DNA of 61,102 nt, the filler included, from Pirum gemmata (Eukaryota), in the NCBI GenBank assembly GCA_002812295.1. It is 17 parts of 17 records of this genome, joined end to end, with 100 filler letters (N's around TTAATTAATTAA, not from the genome) between each part and the next. Parts side by side here need not be neighbours in the genome. Positions count along the whole stretch, not along the records: positions 38,684 to 41,916 come from PDIN01002984.1; positions 42,017 to 45,243 come from PDIN01002985.1; positions 45,344 to 48,592 come from PDIN01002986.1; positions 48,693 to 54,377 come from PDIN01002987.1; 13 more parts are not named here. The stretch is one strand, 5' to 3'. The notes under the pieces are model-generated. The model was not told the origin of the DNA and ran no database searches. It saw only the letters and a program-made list of their open reading frames with translations. Made by a program: the position numbers and the translations under genes. Positions 39,459 to 51,505 of this stretch are shown here, piece by piece. Position 1 is the stretch's first letter; each line of letters begins with the position of its first letter.

Positions 39459-40224
39459 ATTGTGTTTAATGATATGTTGGCCAAACTGGAAGCTGGATTA
39501 AAATCCTATGATGGTGCTGACCAAGGTAGTGTTGTTTTTGCTTATTTCTTCAACAATAGATAAATCAACAATTAATAAATTGACAATTAACAATTAAAAA
39601 ATTAACTATTAGCAATTAAAAAATTAATTATTAAAAAAATAGCAAATCAACAATCAATATTTGACAAATCAACAAAATACCAACTAACAATTAACAAATC
39701 AGAAATTGCTAATTCAAATTAGCAATAAGCAAATCAACCATTATCCATTAACAAATAGAAAATAAAAAATTAACAATTACCACTTTAATAATTAACAATT
39801 AACAAAAAAAATAAACAGTCAGCATTTGACAAATCAACAAATACCAACTAACAGTTAACAAATCGGAAAATTAAGTATTTAAATTAGCAATAAACCAATC
39901 AACCATTCACTATTAACAAATCAATCATTATCCATTAACGAATTAAAAAAATTAACAATTAAAAAAAATTAAAAAATTAACCATTAGCAATTAAAAAATT
40001 AACTCTTCAAAGAATAGCAATTGGCAATTAAAAAATTAACTCTTCAAAGAATAACAATTGGCAACTAACATCAAGCATTAAATGTTACCCATCAATAATT
40101 GGCAATTAACTATCAACTATGAATTATGAACCTGTTGTGTTGAAAATAGTCTATAGATAGACTATGAAAAATGACATCACGAATGGCGTACTCATCAGAA
40201 TGATGGAATATCCAAATACATAAT

Positions 40225-40259
<35 letters not shown>

Positions 40260-41839
40260 AACTATCGGATAACAANNNNNNNNNNNNNNNNNNNNNNNNN
40301 NNNNNNNNNNNNNNNNNNNNNNNNNNNNNNNNNNNNNATATGATAACTATCGGATAACAAACTGAATCTTTAGTTGTTTTTTCATAATGAAATATTCACC
40401 AAAAAATGCTTGACTCACAGAACACTCAAAACACATATCGATATTAACGTAACCATTAACAATTAACAAGTAACAATTAACAATTGACAATTAACAATTA
40501 ACAATTAACAATTAACAATTAACAATTAACTATTAACAATTAACAATTAACAATTACAATTAACAATTAACAATTTATTTCTAACTACTAACAACTAACT
40601 ATTAACAGTTGACAATTAACAATTAACAATTAACAATTAACAATTATTAATTAATAATTAATAATTAATAGGTAACAGTTAACAGTGAACAGTTAACCAT
40701 TACCAATTAAACAATTAACAATTAACAATTAACAATTAACAATTAATAATTAATAATTAATAATTAATATTTAAGAATTAAGTATTAACAATTAACAATT
40801 AGCAATTAACAATTAACAATTAACTATTAACCATTAACCATTAACCATTAACCATTAACTATTATTCATCAACTATCAATAATAATTATAATATAATTTT
40901 TTTAGTTTGGAGACTTAATTAATAATTAATAAATAATAATTAGCAATTAACAATTAACAAGTAACAAGTAACAAGTAACAATTAACATTTAAAATTTAGC
41001 ATTTAACATTTAACATTTAACATTTAACAATTAACAATTAGCAATTATCAATCAACAATTATCAATTATCAATTAACATTAACAATTTATTTGTTACAAA
41101 TAATTTGTAACACTTAACAATTACCAATTAACAATTAACAATTAACAATTAACAATAATTAAAACTATAATTTATAATTAACAATTAACAATTAACAATT
41201 AGCAAATTACAACTTATAATTAACAATTAACTATAAACAATTAACAATTAACAATTAACAATTAACAATTAACAATTAATAATTAACAATTAACAATTAA
41301 CTATTAATTATTAACAATTAATAATTAACAATTAACAATTAACTATTAATTATTAACTATTAACGATTAACAATTAGCAATTAACGATTAACAATTAACA
41401 ATTAATAATTAACAATTAACAATGAAAATCAACGATGAACAAATAAGAATTAACGATTAACGATTAACAATTAACGATTAACAATGAAAAATTAACAATT
41501 AACAATTAACAATTAACAATTAACAATTAACAATTAACAATTAACAATTAACAATTAACAATACAATTAACAATTAAATTAACAATTTACAATTAACAAT
41601 TAACAATTCACGGTTAACGGTCAGCGATTATCAATTAGCAATCAACGATTAACAATTTAAAATTAACAATTAAAATCAATTAGGTTTTCTTACAGAGTAT
41701 TTCAATGCAATGGATAACGCTTTGTTGTTCGACCCCATTAAGCCACGCTCAGAAGATAAAATGAATAGAATGTCAATAGGCTATAACATGCATCATATGT
41801 ATTATTATGAAAAAATGAACTGGGATTTGTATGCTCGAG
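39459..41839 (+). CDS. GT8 glycogenin-like glycosyltransferase (PGSIP7/8-like), two internal exons
   Basis: Exons 39459-39525 and 41684-41839 splice to VFNDMLAKLEAGLKSYDGADQG|FLTEYF...LFDP...RMSIGYNMHHMYYYEKMNW (GT8 DGxDQGxL motif). Not in the ORF track. Confidence 0.82.
39560..41675 (+). repeat. Intronic (AATTAAC)n heptamer satellite
   Basis: Fills most of the 2.16-kb GT8 intron and runs to within ~10 nt of the acceptor at 41683. Confidence 0.92.
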
Positions 41840-42177
41840 GTTGAGTTATTATTATTATTATTATTGTTGTTAATTAATATCATTATTATTATTGTTGTTG
41901 TTGTTATTATTATTATNNNNNNNNNNNNNNNNNNNNNNNNNNNNNNNNNNNNNNNNNNNNTTAATTAATTAANNNNNNNNNNNNNNNNNNNNNNNNNNNN
42001 NNNNNNNNNNNNNNNNATTGGTATCTACTATAATTAGATATACTATTTTTAGCTATTTAACTGCTATTATTAGGAAGGGACACGGAACTAAGGTTGGCTC
42101 GATAAGCATCTGTTCGAAAAAAGTTCCAGTAGATACCTCACCCCTACTAATGAACCTCATGAGGTTCATTAGACTAT

Positions 42178-42322
42178 GGGAGCGTTTAAATAATACGTCA
42201 CGTCAAGGGGTAGGTAGGTAGGTGGTATTTGACCGGAAATTAATGTCGAGGGGTAGGTAGGTAGGGGTATTTGAAGCTGTATTTGACCGGAAATTGGCGT
42301 TACGTAATATTTGTACGCTCCC
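42178..42322. mobile_element. MITE family B (PIF/Harbinger-like) with TAT target duplication
   Basis: Reverse-orientation copy of 15168-15322. TAT flanks both ends. Confidence 0.85.
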
Positions 42323-42635
42323 TATTCATAGGAGGGATGACACCTATAAGAGTCCTCTATAAGTAAATGACCCCTTAAATTGGCACTAATTCCGAAACCA
42401 TTTACGGCTTCCCAATTAAGTAAATTGTAAACCATAAATAGTAAAATAATTTTCCTTTTTTTGCAACAGTATTAGTATAGTAACTTTTAAGTTACTTTAA
42501 ATAGTTTATTTTTTACTATAAATATTATATCTTTTTTCCTCATATCTTCTCATTGATCTACATTTATCACTAATCACAAACTCTTTGAAAAAAAGAATAA
42601 GTGTATATAAGCTGGTTTATTCGCCTTTTGCAAAA

Positions 42636-44779
42636 ATGAAATTATAGTATTAATAATCAAAGTAATATTTTTGAATACATTAGTAGAATAACAATACAAA
42701 GAGATATTTCTTTATTGAATTGGTAATAATTTATTGGGAGAAACTAAAGAGCGATGCTTCCCAAGCAGTCGGTGTTGTTAGAGTGACCCTTGCAGCTCAA
42801 CAGGATGATCTAAAACAGATTAATTAAAACCCTTCTCAGAGAACATCCCGGATCGTTAGAGGTCTTTGGTGGAACTAAGTTTTATGAATTGGTTGCGCTT
42901 TTCGGCCAACTGCCAACGCTTAAAAGTACATGGAGAAATATTACGAAGAAAAAAATATCAAAATAAAACCAAACGAACACTTGCTATTTCATGTTATTAA
43001 GCATCAGGGTTCTAACAAGGATCCTAGTATGGTAAAAGGTTATGCAAATATTGTTAAATATTTACTTGAATAAGATAAATTTGATATGAACTTGACGAAT
43101 GCCGAAGGACAAACTGTTGCAAAATCAGAAAATGTTGAAGTGGTAAAATTGCTGACATCTTCTCATTCCCGATTTTTTTTACGAAACTATGGTCAAAATC
43201 CTTATCAATACGATTTTTTTTTCAAGGATTCTTATAAAAATACAGAGATTTACCATTTCTTAAATTCGATTTATACCCAAGGCAATCGCTTAGCTCAATT
43301 TCTTTTTGATAACTATGATATGGAATACATTAAAAAAGATTCTAAGAAAAACAAAAGGGACGTTAATTATTAAAAAACTTTTTTAACTTTTTTTTTTATC
43401 ATATTGTTTCCAAGGTTGAAACAGGATCATTGCTTTCTCAAAAAGAAAATAAGAGGTTTATGATAGGCTGTAATGCATAAGGTCAATATTACAACAGTTT
43501 CGCTACATTGAATGTGATCGATATTGCTGTTGTTGGAGGTAATACAAAACTATATGTAGCAAGTGCTTTCCCAAAAAGAAAATAAGAGGTTTATGATAGG
43601 CTGTAATGCAGAAGGTCAATATTACAACAGTTTCGCTACATTGAATGTGATCGATATTGCTGTTGTTGGAGGTAATGCAAAACTATATTAAATGTTAAAA
43701 GAAACAAAATGCAGTAAGTAGTGAGTATGGTGAAACCAAGCGAATTGTTACCTTTATTTTCTGCTTAAGTTAATCCTAATGGACAATATATAATACAGAA
43801 ATATTATTAAATGAACTTTTGCAAAAAGTCAAATTTCCAATGGATAGTATTAATAAGAATGTTTTTTTAGGCCAAGTGTACGCTACATTTCAAGGAAAAG
43901 ATCCCAAAGTTCTCAAAGATTTGTATGAAAGTAACATGGTAGTTTATAATGAAACAAATAATTTCAGGGAATTTCAACAGCTTGTCATGAAGACATATTT
44001 TCGATGTTAAAAGCAGAGCCTCTCTTGGATCAATATGAAATAGTGGGGGATAAAGAATTTTTTTCAAAAAAATTCCAAGAGAATCTAGACTAGGGAGGAA
44101 TTAAAAACAAAAGCAAGACTTTTACCAATAGAAGAAATCGCTCTTATAGAAGTAGCTGTAATAAACGGTTTTCCTAACATTTTGAATACATTGCTGAAGT
44201 AACTTCCATAAACCAAGTTGACATTTGGTCTGCAACTTTCTCTGCTGCTAATGGAATTGATATTCTGCCTTTAAACGCTAAAAACTGCCGCTATGCAGTC
44301 TATACCAACGCGAAATTATAATCAAACAGTGAAATACCTTTTACAATACGAAAAAGATAATATTGGACATATGGACCAAAATGGAGATTCAGCGCTTCAT
44401 TTTGCAGCAAGAAAGGATAACATAGAAATTATTTCGATGTTGCTTGAAGCAGGAGCCGATGTTCTTTTGAAAAATAAACATGGTCACAATGCCTTTGCGA
44501 TAGCTAAAACAGTACTAGTGAAAAATTCAATTCAGGTCGTTTCTATATGCTGAAAAGAAAAACAAAAGAAATTGAAGGGCAATCACGACAATATTGATGA
44601 TTGGTATTGGTATGTCTGGTTTAGTAGTTATTATTATTTCAGTACTGTATATTATCACAAAAGCTAAAAAAGTTGAAGAAAAATTCACAGACACTAAGAA
44701 ATCGAAACTGGCAGGTCAACAACGCGAAAAGGTTTTAACTTTTAATCAGTCAACAGAAAAAACGAATTCTTCTCAATGA
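42636..44779 (+). pseudogene. Fragmented ankyrin-repeat membrane protein pseudogene
   Basis: Collinear same-strand ORF pieces (KGYANIVKYLLE*DKFDMNLTNAEGQT; DQNGDSALHFAARKDNIEIISMLLEAGADV; C-terminal hydrophobic helix) broken by stops, frameshifts and a ~132-bp tandem duplication (~43430-43688). The start coordinate is approximate. Confidence 0.7.
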
Positions 44780-44788
44780 AGACAGGCG

Positions 44789-45018
44789 AGTAGGGGTGAA
44801 GTATCTACTGGAACTTTTTTCGAACAGATGCTTATCGAGCCAACCTTAGTTCCGTGTTCTTTACTAATAATAGGATTTAAATAGTTTAAAATAGTAAATA
44901 TAATTATAGTAGTTACCAATTAAAGTAATAAAATTAACATTAATAGTAATAAAAAATATAAAATCGGGAAAGTTCCAGCTGTTCGGTAATAATAAAATGA
45001 CGTCATCTCACCCCTACT
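44789..45018. mobile_element. MITE family F with perfect 8-bp TSD
   Basis: TIR AGTAGGGGTGA...TCACCCCTACT. GACAGGCG on both sides (44781-44788 and 45019-45026). Partial copies at 42018-42148, ~36500-36605 and ~52027-52200. Confidence 0.9.
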
Positions 45019-46613
45019 GACAGGCGCCAGTCGTTCTGAAAGTTCTACATCAGTTTCTTTTGATTAATTAAAAGATTTTTTTTTTTTTTCGGTGACTTTA
45101 TTAAAAATGAATAATAAAGGAAAAATGAAAGCTAAAACACATGATATTGTGTACAATATCACACTAATATCACTTAAAATAGAATATTGCGTACTAACAC
45201 TAACTTATTTATTTTACTCCTATTATTATTATTATTATTATTANNNNNNNNNNNNNNNNNNNNNNNNNNNNNNNNNNNNNNNNNNNNTTAATTAATTAAN
45301 NNNNNNNNNNNNNNNNNNNNNNNNNNNNNNNNNNNNNNNNNNNTGTTGGTTGTTGGTTGTTGGTTGTTGGTTGTTGGTTGGTATGATATATAAATAAACA
45401 ATCTAAAAACGTTCTATTATTATAATACTTTTTTTTACTATCATATCATAATAAAGTCCCACACCCCACCCTTTTTTTCGAAAATTTCAAACTTATTAAA
45501 ACCTATTACATTACTTATGTTCGAAAACTGAAAATTCTAGTGAAACCAAAAAGTTTGTCGTTTTTTTTTAAAAAAATAATATTATTATTATCATCCATCT
45601 AGCTACTAGCTAGCTAGCTAGTATCATAGTAGTCCTAGCTAGGCTAGCTAGCTAGCTCTCTAGTAGCTCTAGCTAGTAGCTATTTTAATTTTTATGTATC
45701 AGTGATAGTCTACAGCTAGCTAGCTAGACTAACTCTAGACTATCATAGTAGTCTATCGAGAATGCTGATCGAGAATGTAGTTTAGTGCTTTTCAGTTGTT
45801 TTGTCATCATAAAATATATAATAAATAGTACCAAATTACTACAATATAAATCCATTTAATTTATTTTGGTATATTTTATTATCCATGTATTGATTTAAAA
45901 ATGCCAATTTAAATATTATAACCCTCCAAATAAATATTCGGAGTGACAAAATAAATGAAAGGCACGATGTATTTTTGGAATTTTAAAATTTATTTATAAA
46001 TGATCGAAAAATCAAACGTACATTCACTACATTCTGAGTGTAGTATGAATTGATCGAAAAAATATCGATATTGATTTTCAAATATTCGATATTTATCGAA
46101 AAATATCGATATTGACTTTCAAACTTAGGACTTTTAAATATTCGATATTTATTAAAAAAATCGATATTGACTTATATTCGATATTTATCGATAAATTATC
46201 GATATACATTCGATATTTATCGATAGACTATATCGATCTGATTTTTTGCCTGAGTGTCTCTCTAGTAGCTTAGCTAGATGAGTGTCTGTGGACATACCAA
46301 ATTATTATTATGTACAAACAATCAGACATGTTTTAATTAATTTGGTATTTTATAGTTATTGTTTTATTTAATAAAAAAGTCCAATTATACACTTAAATAG
46401 TACCAAATTAAAGATTGAGAGCACAATGAAATCTACCTGTTTATTATGTTACTTACGTATTGATAGATGAACCAACATCTATATAAGAGTATAATTAAAG
46501 AATATACCATTCAATAGTTCTTGACAATAATTTTAATATTCAATATTATTAATGGTTTGACAATGTAAATTAATATTGTGTCAATAATAAAAGGTTACAT
46601 TAATATATAATTA

Positions 46614-46864
46614 GGGAGCGTTCAATAATTACGTAACGCTGGGGGGTAGGTAGGGGGGGTCGGATTTTTGTGACAGGCCGTGATGCAGTAGGGAGGGGGG
46701 TAGTATGACATAACGCAATATATATAACATGAGGGGTAATTTNNNNNNNNNNNNNNNNNNNNNNNNNNNNNNNNNNGGGTAGGTAGTCCTTCTCAAACGT
46801 GACAGGCGGGTAGTAGGGTAGGTTTTTGTCCAAAATCGGCGTTACGTAATTATTGGACGCTCCC
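46614..46864. mobile_element. MITE family B variant (same TIRs, different interior) with TTA target duplication
   Basis: TTA-GGGAGCGTTCAATAATTACGTAACG...CGTTACGTAATTATTGGACGCTCCC-TTA. Confidence 0.85.
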
Positions 46865-47310
46865 TTAGGGTTAGGGTTAAAAAAAAAAAAAGGAATGACG
46901 GGTAGACAAGTACAACGCTACTACTATCGATAGCTAGTATGCTAGCTAGCAGTCAGAATTTCAGAAAGTAGTACATTATTATAATATTATTGATATTAAT
47001 ATTGTATATGTAGTCTATATATATATATACTATATATATTAATATAGACTAGTTTATGATTATGATTAAATTGTATCATATTGTTCTTCTGTTGTAGAAA
47101 TAAATATTGGTTTAGCTATTGGTTTTTTTAACTTTTGTTCCTTTACAGTCGTTGTTATGTCACTTGTTGCCGTTGTTAGAGTTGTCGTCTAATTGACTTT
47201 ATATAAATATAAATTAATGTGAATATATATAGACATTTTTTGCGATAAAAGTGACAAAAAGTGTGAATACTGGCAATTTTGTATTCAGTTACTATTACGA
47301 TATCGGTATA

Positions 47311-47342
<32 letters not shown>

Positions 47343-49897
47343 TAGTTATCATAGTCAGATATCATAGTCTTTATTTATTTATATCTACAGCCACACCTCA
47401 AAAAACAGGAAACTTTTGTCGCACCACTATTTAATTAAAATTCTAACCTTTTTGTTTGAAGAAAAGAAGAAATGGTTAAAATATTTTTTGTTATTCAAAT
47501 TTATAATCTTCACTCTATACCCCATTTATTCTACAAACCAAACGAAAAAGGTTAGTTAGGTGTGTACACACTATTATCAAATACAATTTGTTTGTTGTTT
47601 GTTGTTTGTGGTGGTGGTGGCTCGGTGGCTCGGTGGGGATGGGGGTGGTGGTGGTGAAGACCGTGAAGTTCTATCAATATAATATTATAATATAATAGAC
47701 TATTATAAAAATTTTCGACAGCACAGGCAGTGACAGGCTGCACAATAAAGTTGAATAAACTGCTGCACAGCACTATTGAAAAACTAAAACTTAGCTTTCA
47801 TTGGAGGGAATATTCACTATGAGACTGTGTGTCAGCTGACTCAGACACAGCTTCTCCCAATTCTGCTCTGTTAAAAATCGAGATTTCTCGAGTCTATATA
47901 GCTGTCTATATATTAAAATTAATAAGTTCGCAATGTTCAAGCTTACAATTTTAAAGTATTCAAATTTCAAATATATTTATTTATTAATAAGCCCGAAAAA
48001 TACGAAAAAAAAAATTTTTTCGAACGGGGTTCATTTAAAAAATGAATTATTTTGGTAAACATTTTACTCAATATGGTATATGCATCTTGTTTTTTTTTGA
48101 AAATAAAATTAGCTTAATGATAGGTTAAAGTTTTTGCATTATGGCGCACTGTTTTCCTTTTTTAGTTAAAAAAAAATAAATAAAATAAAATAATAAAAAA
48201 AAATAAAAAAAACAATATAATAATAGTATAAATTGTATAATAATTATATATAATCAAATACCACGTAACGCCAATTTCCAGTCAAATACAGCTTCAAATA
48301 CCACTACCTACCCACCCCTCGACGTTATATTTCCGGTTAAATACCACCTACCTACCTATCCCTTGACGGTGACGTATTATTTGAACGCTCCCTAATTGGC
48401 TAATCATTGTTCAATGATTTCGGCTTTTTTTTTTGTTGTGTGCAAACAGTCTACAAATATCCAACTTTGGTTTCACTAAAATTTTCAGAATTTTTTTCAT
48501 AAACAAGTATTTATTAAATAGATTTGAAATATTCGAACATTATTATTATTATTATTATATTATATTATTAATATTATTATTATTATTACTATNNNNNNNN
48601 NNNNNNNNNNNNNNNNNNNNNNNNNNNNNNNNNNNNTTAATTAATTAANNNNNNNNNNNNNNNNNNNNNNNNNNNNNNNNNNNNNNNNNNNNTAGGTGAT
48701 GAAGTAATGTGTGGTGAGCGGTGAGCGGTGAGCGGTGAGTGGTGAGTGGTGAGTGGTGAGTGATGAGTGGTGGGAGGGGTGCCTGGGGTGGTGGGTGGAT
48801 GTTGGAACTTGGAAGGTGAATGTTGGAACTTGAAAGGTGGATGTTGGAAGTTGGAAGGTGGATGTTGGAACTTGGAAGTAATTAGCCAAAATTCAGCAGT
48901 CTTTTTATGTTTTTTTTCCCAGTATTTTTTTCCTAGTTTTTTTTTTCAGTTTTTGCAAAATTAATATATTAATTAATAGGCAAAATTAGGAAAAATTATC
49001 AAAATTGTCTTATCCTAGTATCATCACCAAAAAAAAATACTCAAAAGGTTTATTTCTTTTGCTTTTTGCTTGTTAATTGTGTTTATTTTGATGATTATGC
49101 TTTTGCATCTAACTAATATGTTTACAACATTCAACAATACTAGTTGATTTAGGAGAAGGTTTTAAGGTTAAGGTTTTAAGGTTAATTTTAGGATTAATGT
49201 TAATGTTAAGGTTAAGGTTAAGGTTAAGGTTAAGTTTAAGGTTAACGTTAGGGTTAAGGTTAAGGTTAAGGTTAAGGTTAAGGTTAAGGTTAATGTTAAT
49301 GTTAAGAGTTAAGGTTAATGTTAATGCTAAGGTTAAGGTTAAAAGGTTAAGATTATGATTATGTTTTTTTTTTCAATTATTATTTTTTTCTTGTTCATAT
49401 TTTCATTTTTATTTTATACATTTTTTTAATTATTATTAATTAATATATATGTTTGATACAAATATAAATCAAATATCAATCTCTTTTTTGACTAGCTAAA
49501 TAGTAAAAAAAATCGAACATATAAAAAATATATATTTGATACAAATATAAATCGATATATTATATACCGATAAAAAGTTCCGAAAGACTTAAAATCTGGT
49601 TCCAAATATATTAATTATTATAGTATATAATAATAATAATATATAAAAATGTATAATATTATCATACAATATTATGTTTTATATGAAGATCATTCATTAG
49701 TTTTTTAATAAAAATAATTATTTATTATTAATATATATGATATTAAAAAAAATATGTAATAAAAAATTATTTCGTACATGTAGAAAATAAAAATAATAAT
49801 ATATTTATTTTAGTATATAGAGGTAGGTGTCGTACACCAGTAATTCAAATAACATAATAATATTATCATCCAAATTTGGATCTACTTTTTAAAAAAA

Positions 49898-51505
49898 TTA
49901 ATTTGGTACGCATTGTGAATACCAATCATTCTGGTATTGACATGTAGAGCCTTCTTGACAACAAGTCGGACTTCCACGTTTTCCCGAACAATCACCATAT
50001 ACTTTAGCACAAGAAGCATCTGGAGTTGTACCAGTGGCACATGAATATATAGTTTTAGTGACCGTGACTGTTTCACGATCTGTATGGTCGGTATGTTTAG
50101 TAGGGCCAACAGTATCAGTGGTGTGAGCATGTTCCGTATGTTTAGTAGGGCCAACACTATCAGTGGTGTGAGCATGGTCAATAGGGTCAACAACAGAACC
50201 AGTCAAGGTAGAATTGATAGGTCCGAATTTGACGTTGGAAAATTTTACGTTACCATCAGGGTTTGTTTGTCTCGGATCTTCCGAAGGATCGTGAGGACAA
50301 GTACCCCTTACAGAGCCTACACCTGTACCTTCGACTGAATCTAACCAATTCATGTGAGTAGCTTTATCATCCCAAATAGACATAACAAAGACCATACCTC
50401 TCTGTAGGGCTTCACCCATGACTTTCAAACCGCCCTTCGCTTTATGGTCATCCTGGTTGTTAAACTTAACTTTATCTGCAGAACAACTTGCTTCAGTCAA
50501 ACTATCACCGTTGTTGTTAGGGATAATGACCCCATTTTGGGAGTATATTCTTTTAATCTCTACCAAAGTGCCAGTATCGGTGCCATCGTCAGTGATGAAT
50601 TGGGTGGTTACCGTGATAGGTTTGGTGCTGTCGATGGTATAGTCTGCTCCAGCACCATAAAACTTAGTATTACCTTCTCGGTAAGCATTATAATCACAAC
50701 CATCCATATCACATTCACCATCGTAACGGGTCTCGTGGGTCCACCCACAAGAGCCTTCTTGTTTACATTCAAACAAACCCTGCTTTTTACAAGGATGGGA
50801 TGTAAAAGCAGTGGAAACTTTATTAGCCTCCCATAAATCAAATTCAGCGCAAAATGCACCAGAATCACCAAAATTGGCTTTCCCTTTAATAAATTTAGCA
50901 TCGCCTTTAATACCTTGGGCATCACAGTATCCAGTCCCAAAAGCAGCGCCAGCGTTGTTGTTACCTTTGCCTTTGTCACCTTTCGGGTCCATTTCTACAA
51001 AGTAAGCAGCACCATTTAAAGCACAAGTGACACGACTGGAATCTACAGTAAAAGTAAACTCTTTATTTAACAATTTGAATATTCTATACTCCTCTTCATT
51101 ATCATCTAAAAGATAAACACGCGAGCCATAGTTAGTGTTGGTTTTAAATTTAAGCTGTAAACCCTGGGCTTGATCTTCATCCGTAATTTCGGAAATGCCA
51201 TACTTTCCTGTATGTTCTCCTTTGGTCAATGCGCCCAACTTGCATGTTTTTGCACAAGAATCAGCATCGCCGCCACAGTTTTCTTTAACGAACGAGTCTG
51301 CTGGGTAACAATTTCCAGAATCAGAATCACTAACGTGGATCCATCGCCAATTTTGGTCTAAAACTGCACTTCCAGACTTTTTAGTACAACCAGCGCTAGT
51401 ACAGTCACTATAACTTAGCGATAAATAATCATCCTTTTTAACATCTGGCTGTTGGCCGTAAGCAAAAAGAGCTAAAGTGGAAATGGTTAAAGCGGAAAAA
51501 AACAT
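49898..51505 (-). CDS. Secreted GH7 cellulase with linker and C-terminal CBM1 (intronless)
   Basis: Signal peptide then QQ. Motifs LDQNWRW, YGSRVYL, LNGAAYFVEMD, GTGYCDAQ, catalytic EFDLWE (ExDxxE), DGCDYN.YR, WDD...MNWLDS, RGTC. Thr/His linker, then CBM1 YGDCSG...CC..GSTC..QNDWYSQC. Confidence 0.96.
   Translation of the reverse strand: MFFSALTISTLALFAYGQQPDVKKDDYLSLSYSDCTSAGCTKKSGSAVLDQNWRWIHVSDSDSGNCYPADSFVKENCGGDADSCAKTCKLGALTKGEHTGKYGISEITDEDQAQGLQLKFKTNTNYGSRVYLLDDNEEEYRIFKLLNKEFTFTVDSSRVTCALNGAAYFVEMDPKGDKGKGNNNAGAAFGTGYCDAQGIKGDAKFIKGKANFGDSGAFCAEFDLWEANKVSTAFTSHPCKKQGLFECKQEGSCGWTHETRYDGECDMDGCDYNAYREGNTKFYGAGADYTIDSTKPITVTTQFITDDGTDTGTLVEIKRIYSQNGVIIPNNNGDSLTEASCSADKVKFNNQDDHKAKGGLKVMGEALQRGMVFVMSIWDDKATHMNWLDSVEGTGVGSVRGTCPHDPSEDPRQTNPDGNVKFSNVKFGPINSTLTGSVVDPIDHAHTTDSVGPTKHTEHAHTTDTVGPTKHTDHTDRETVTVTKTIYSCATGTTPDASCAKVYGDCSGKRGSPTCCQEGSTCQYQNDWYSQCVPN

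Noticed and set aside
42636..44779. Stop-codon reassignment (TAA read as Gln) to rescue the ankyrin gene
   Set aside because: Frameshifts and a duplication also break it, and intact genes in the window (spondin, GH7, LSm2, GATA) end in TAA.
42018..45018. Composite transposon carrying the ankyrin gene between two family F copies
   Set aside because: The right copy has its own complete 8-bp TSD, so it inserted independently. The left copy is cut by the contig edge.
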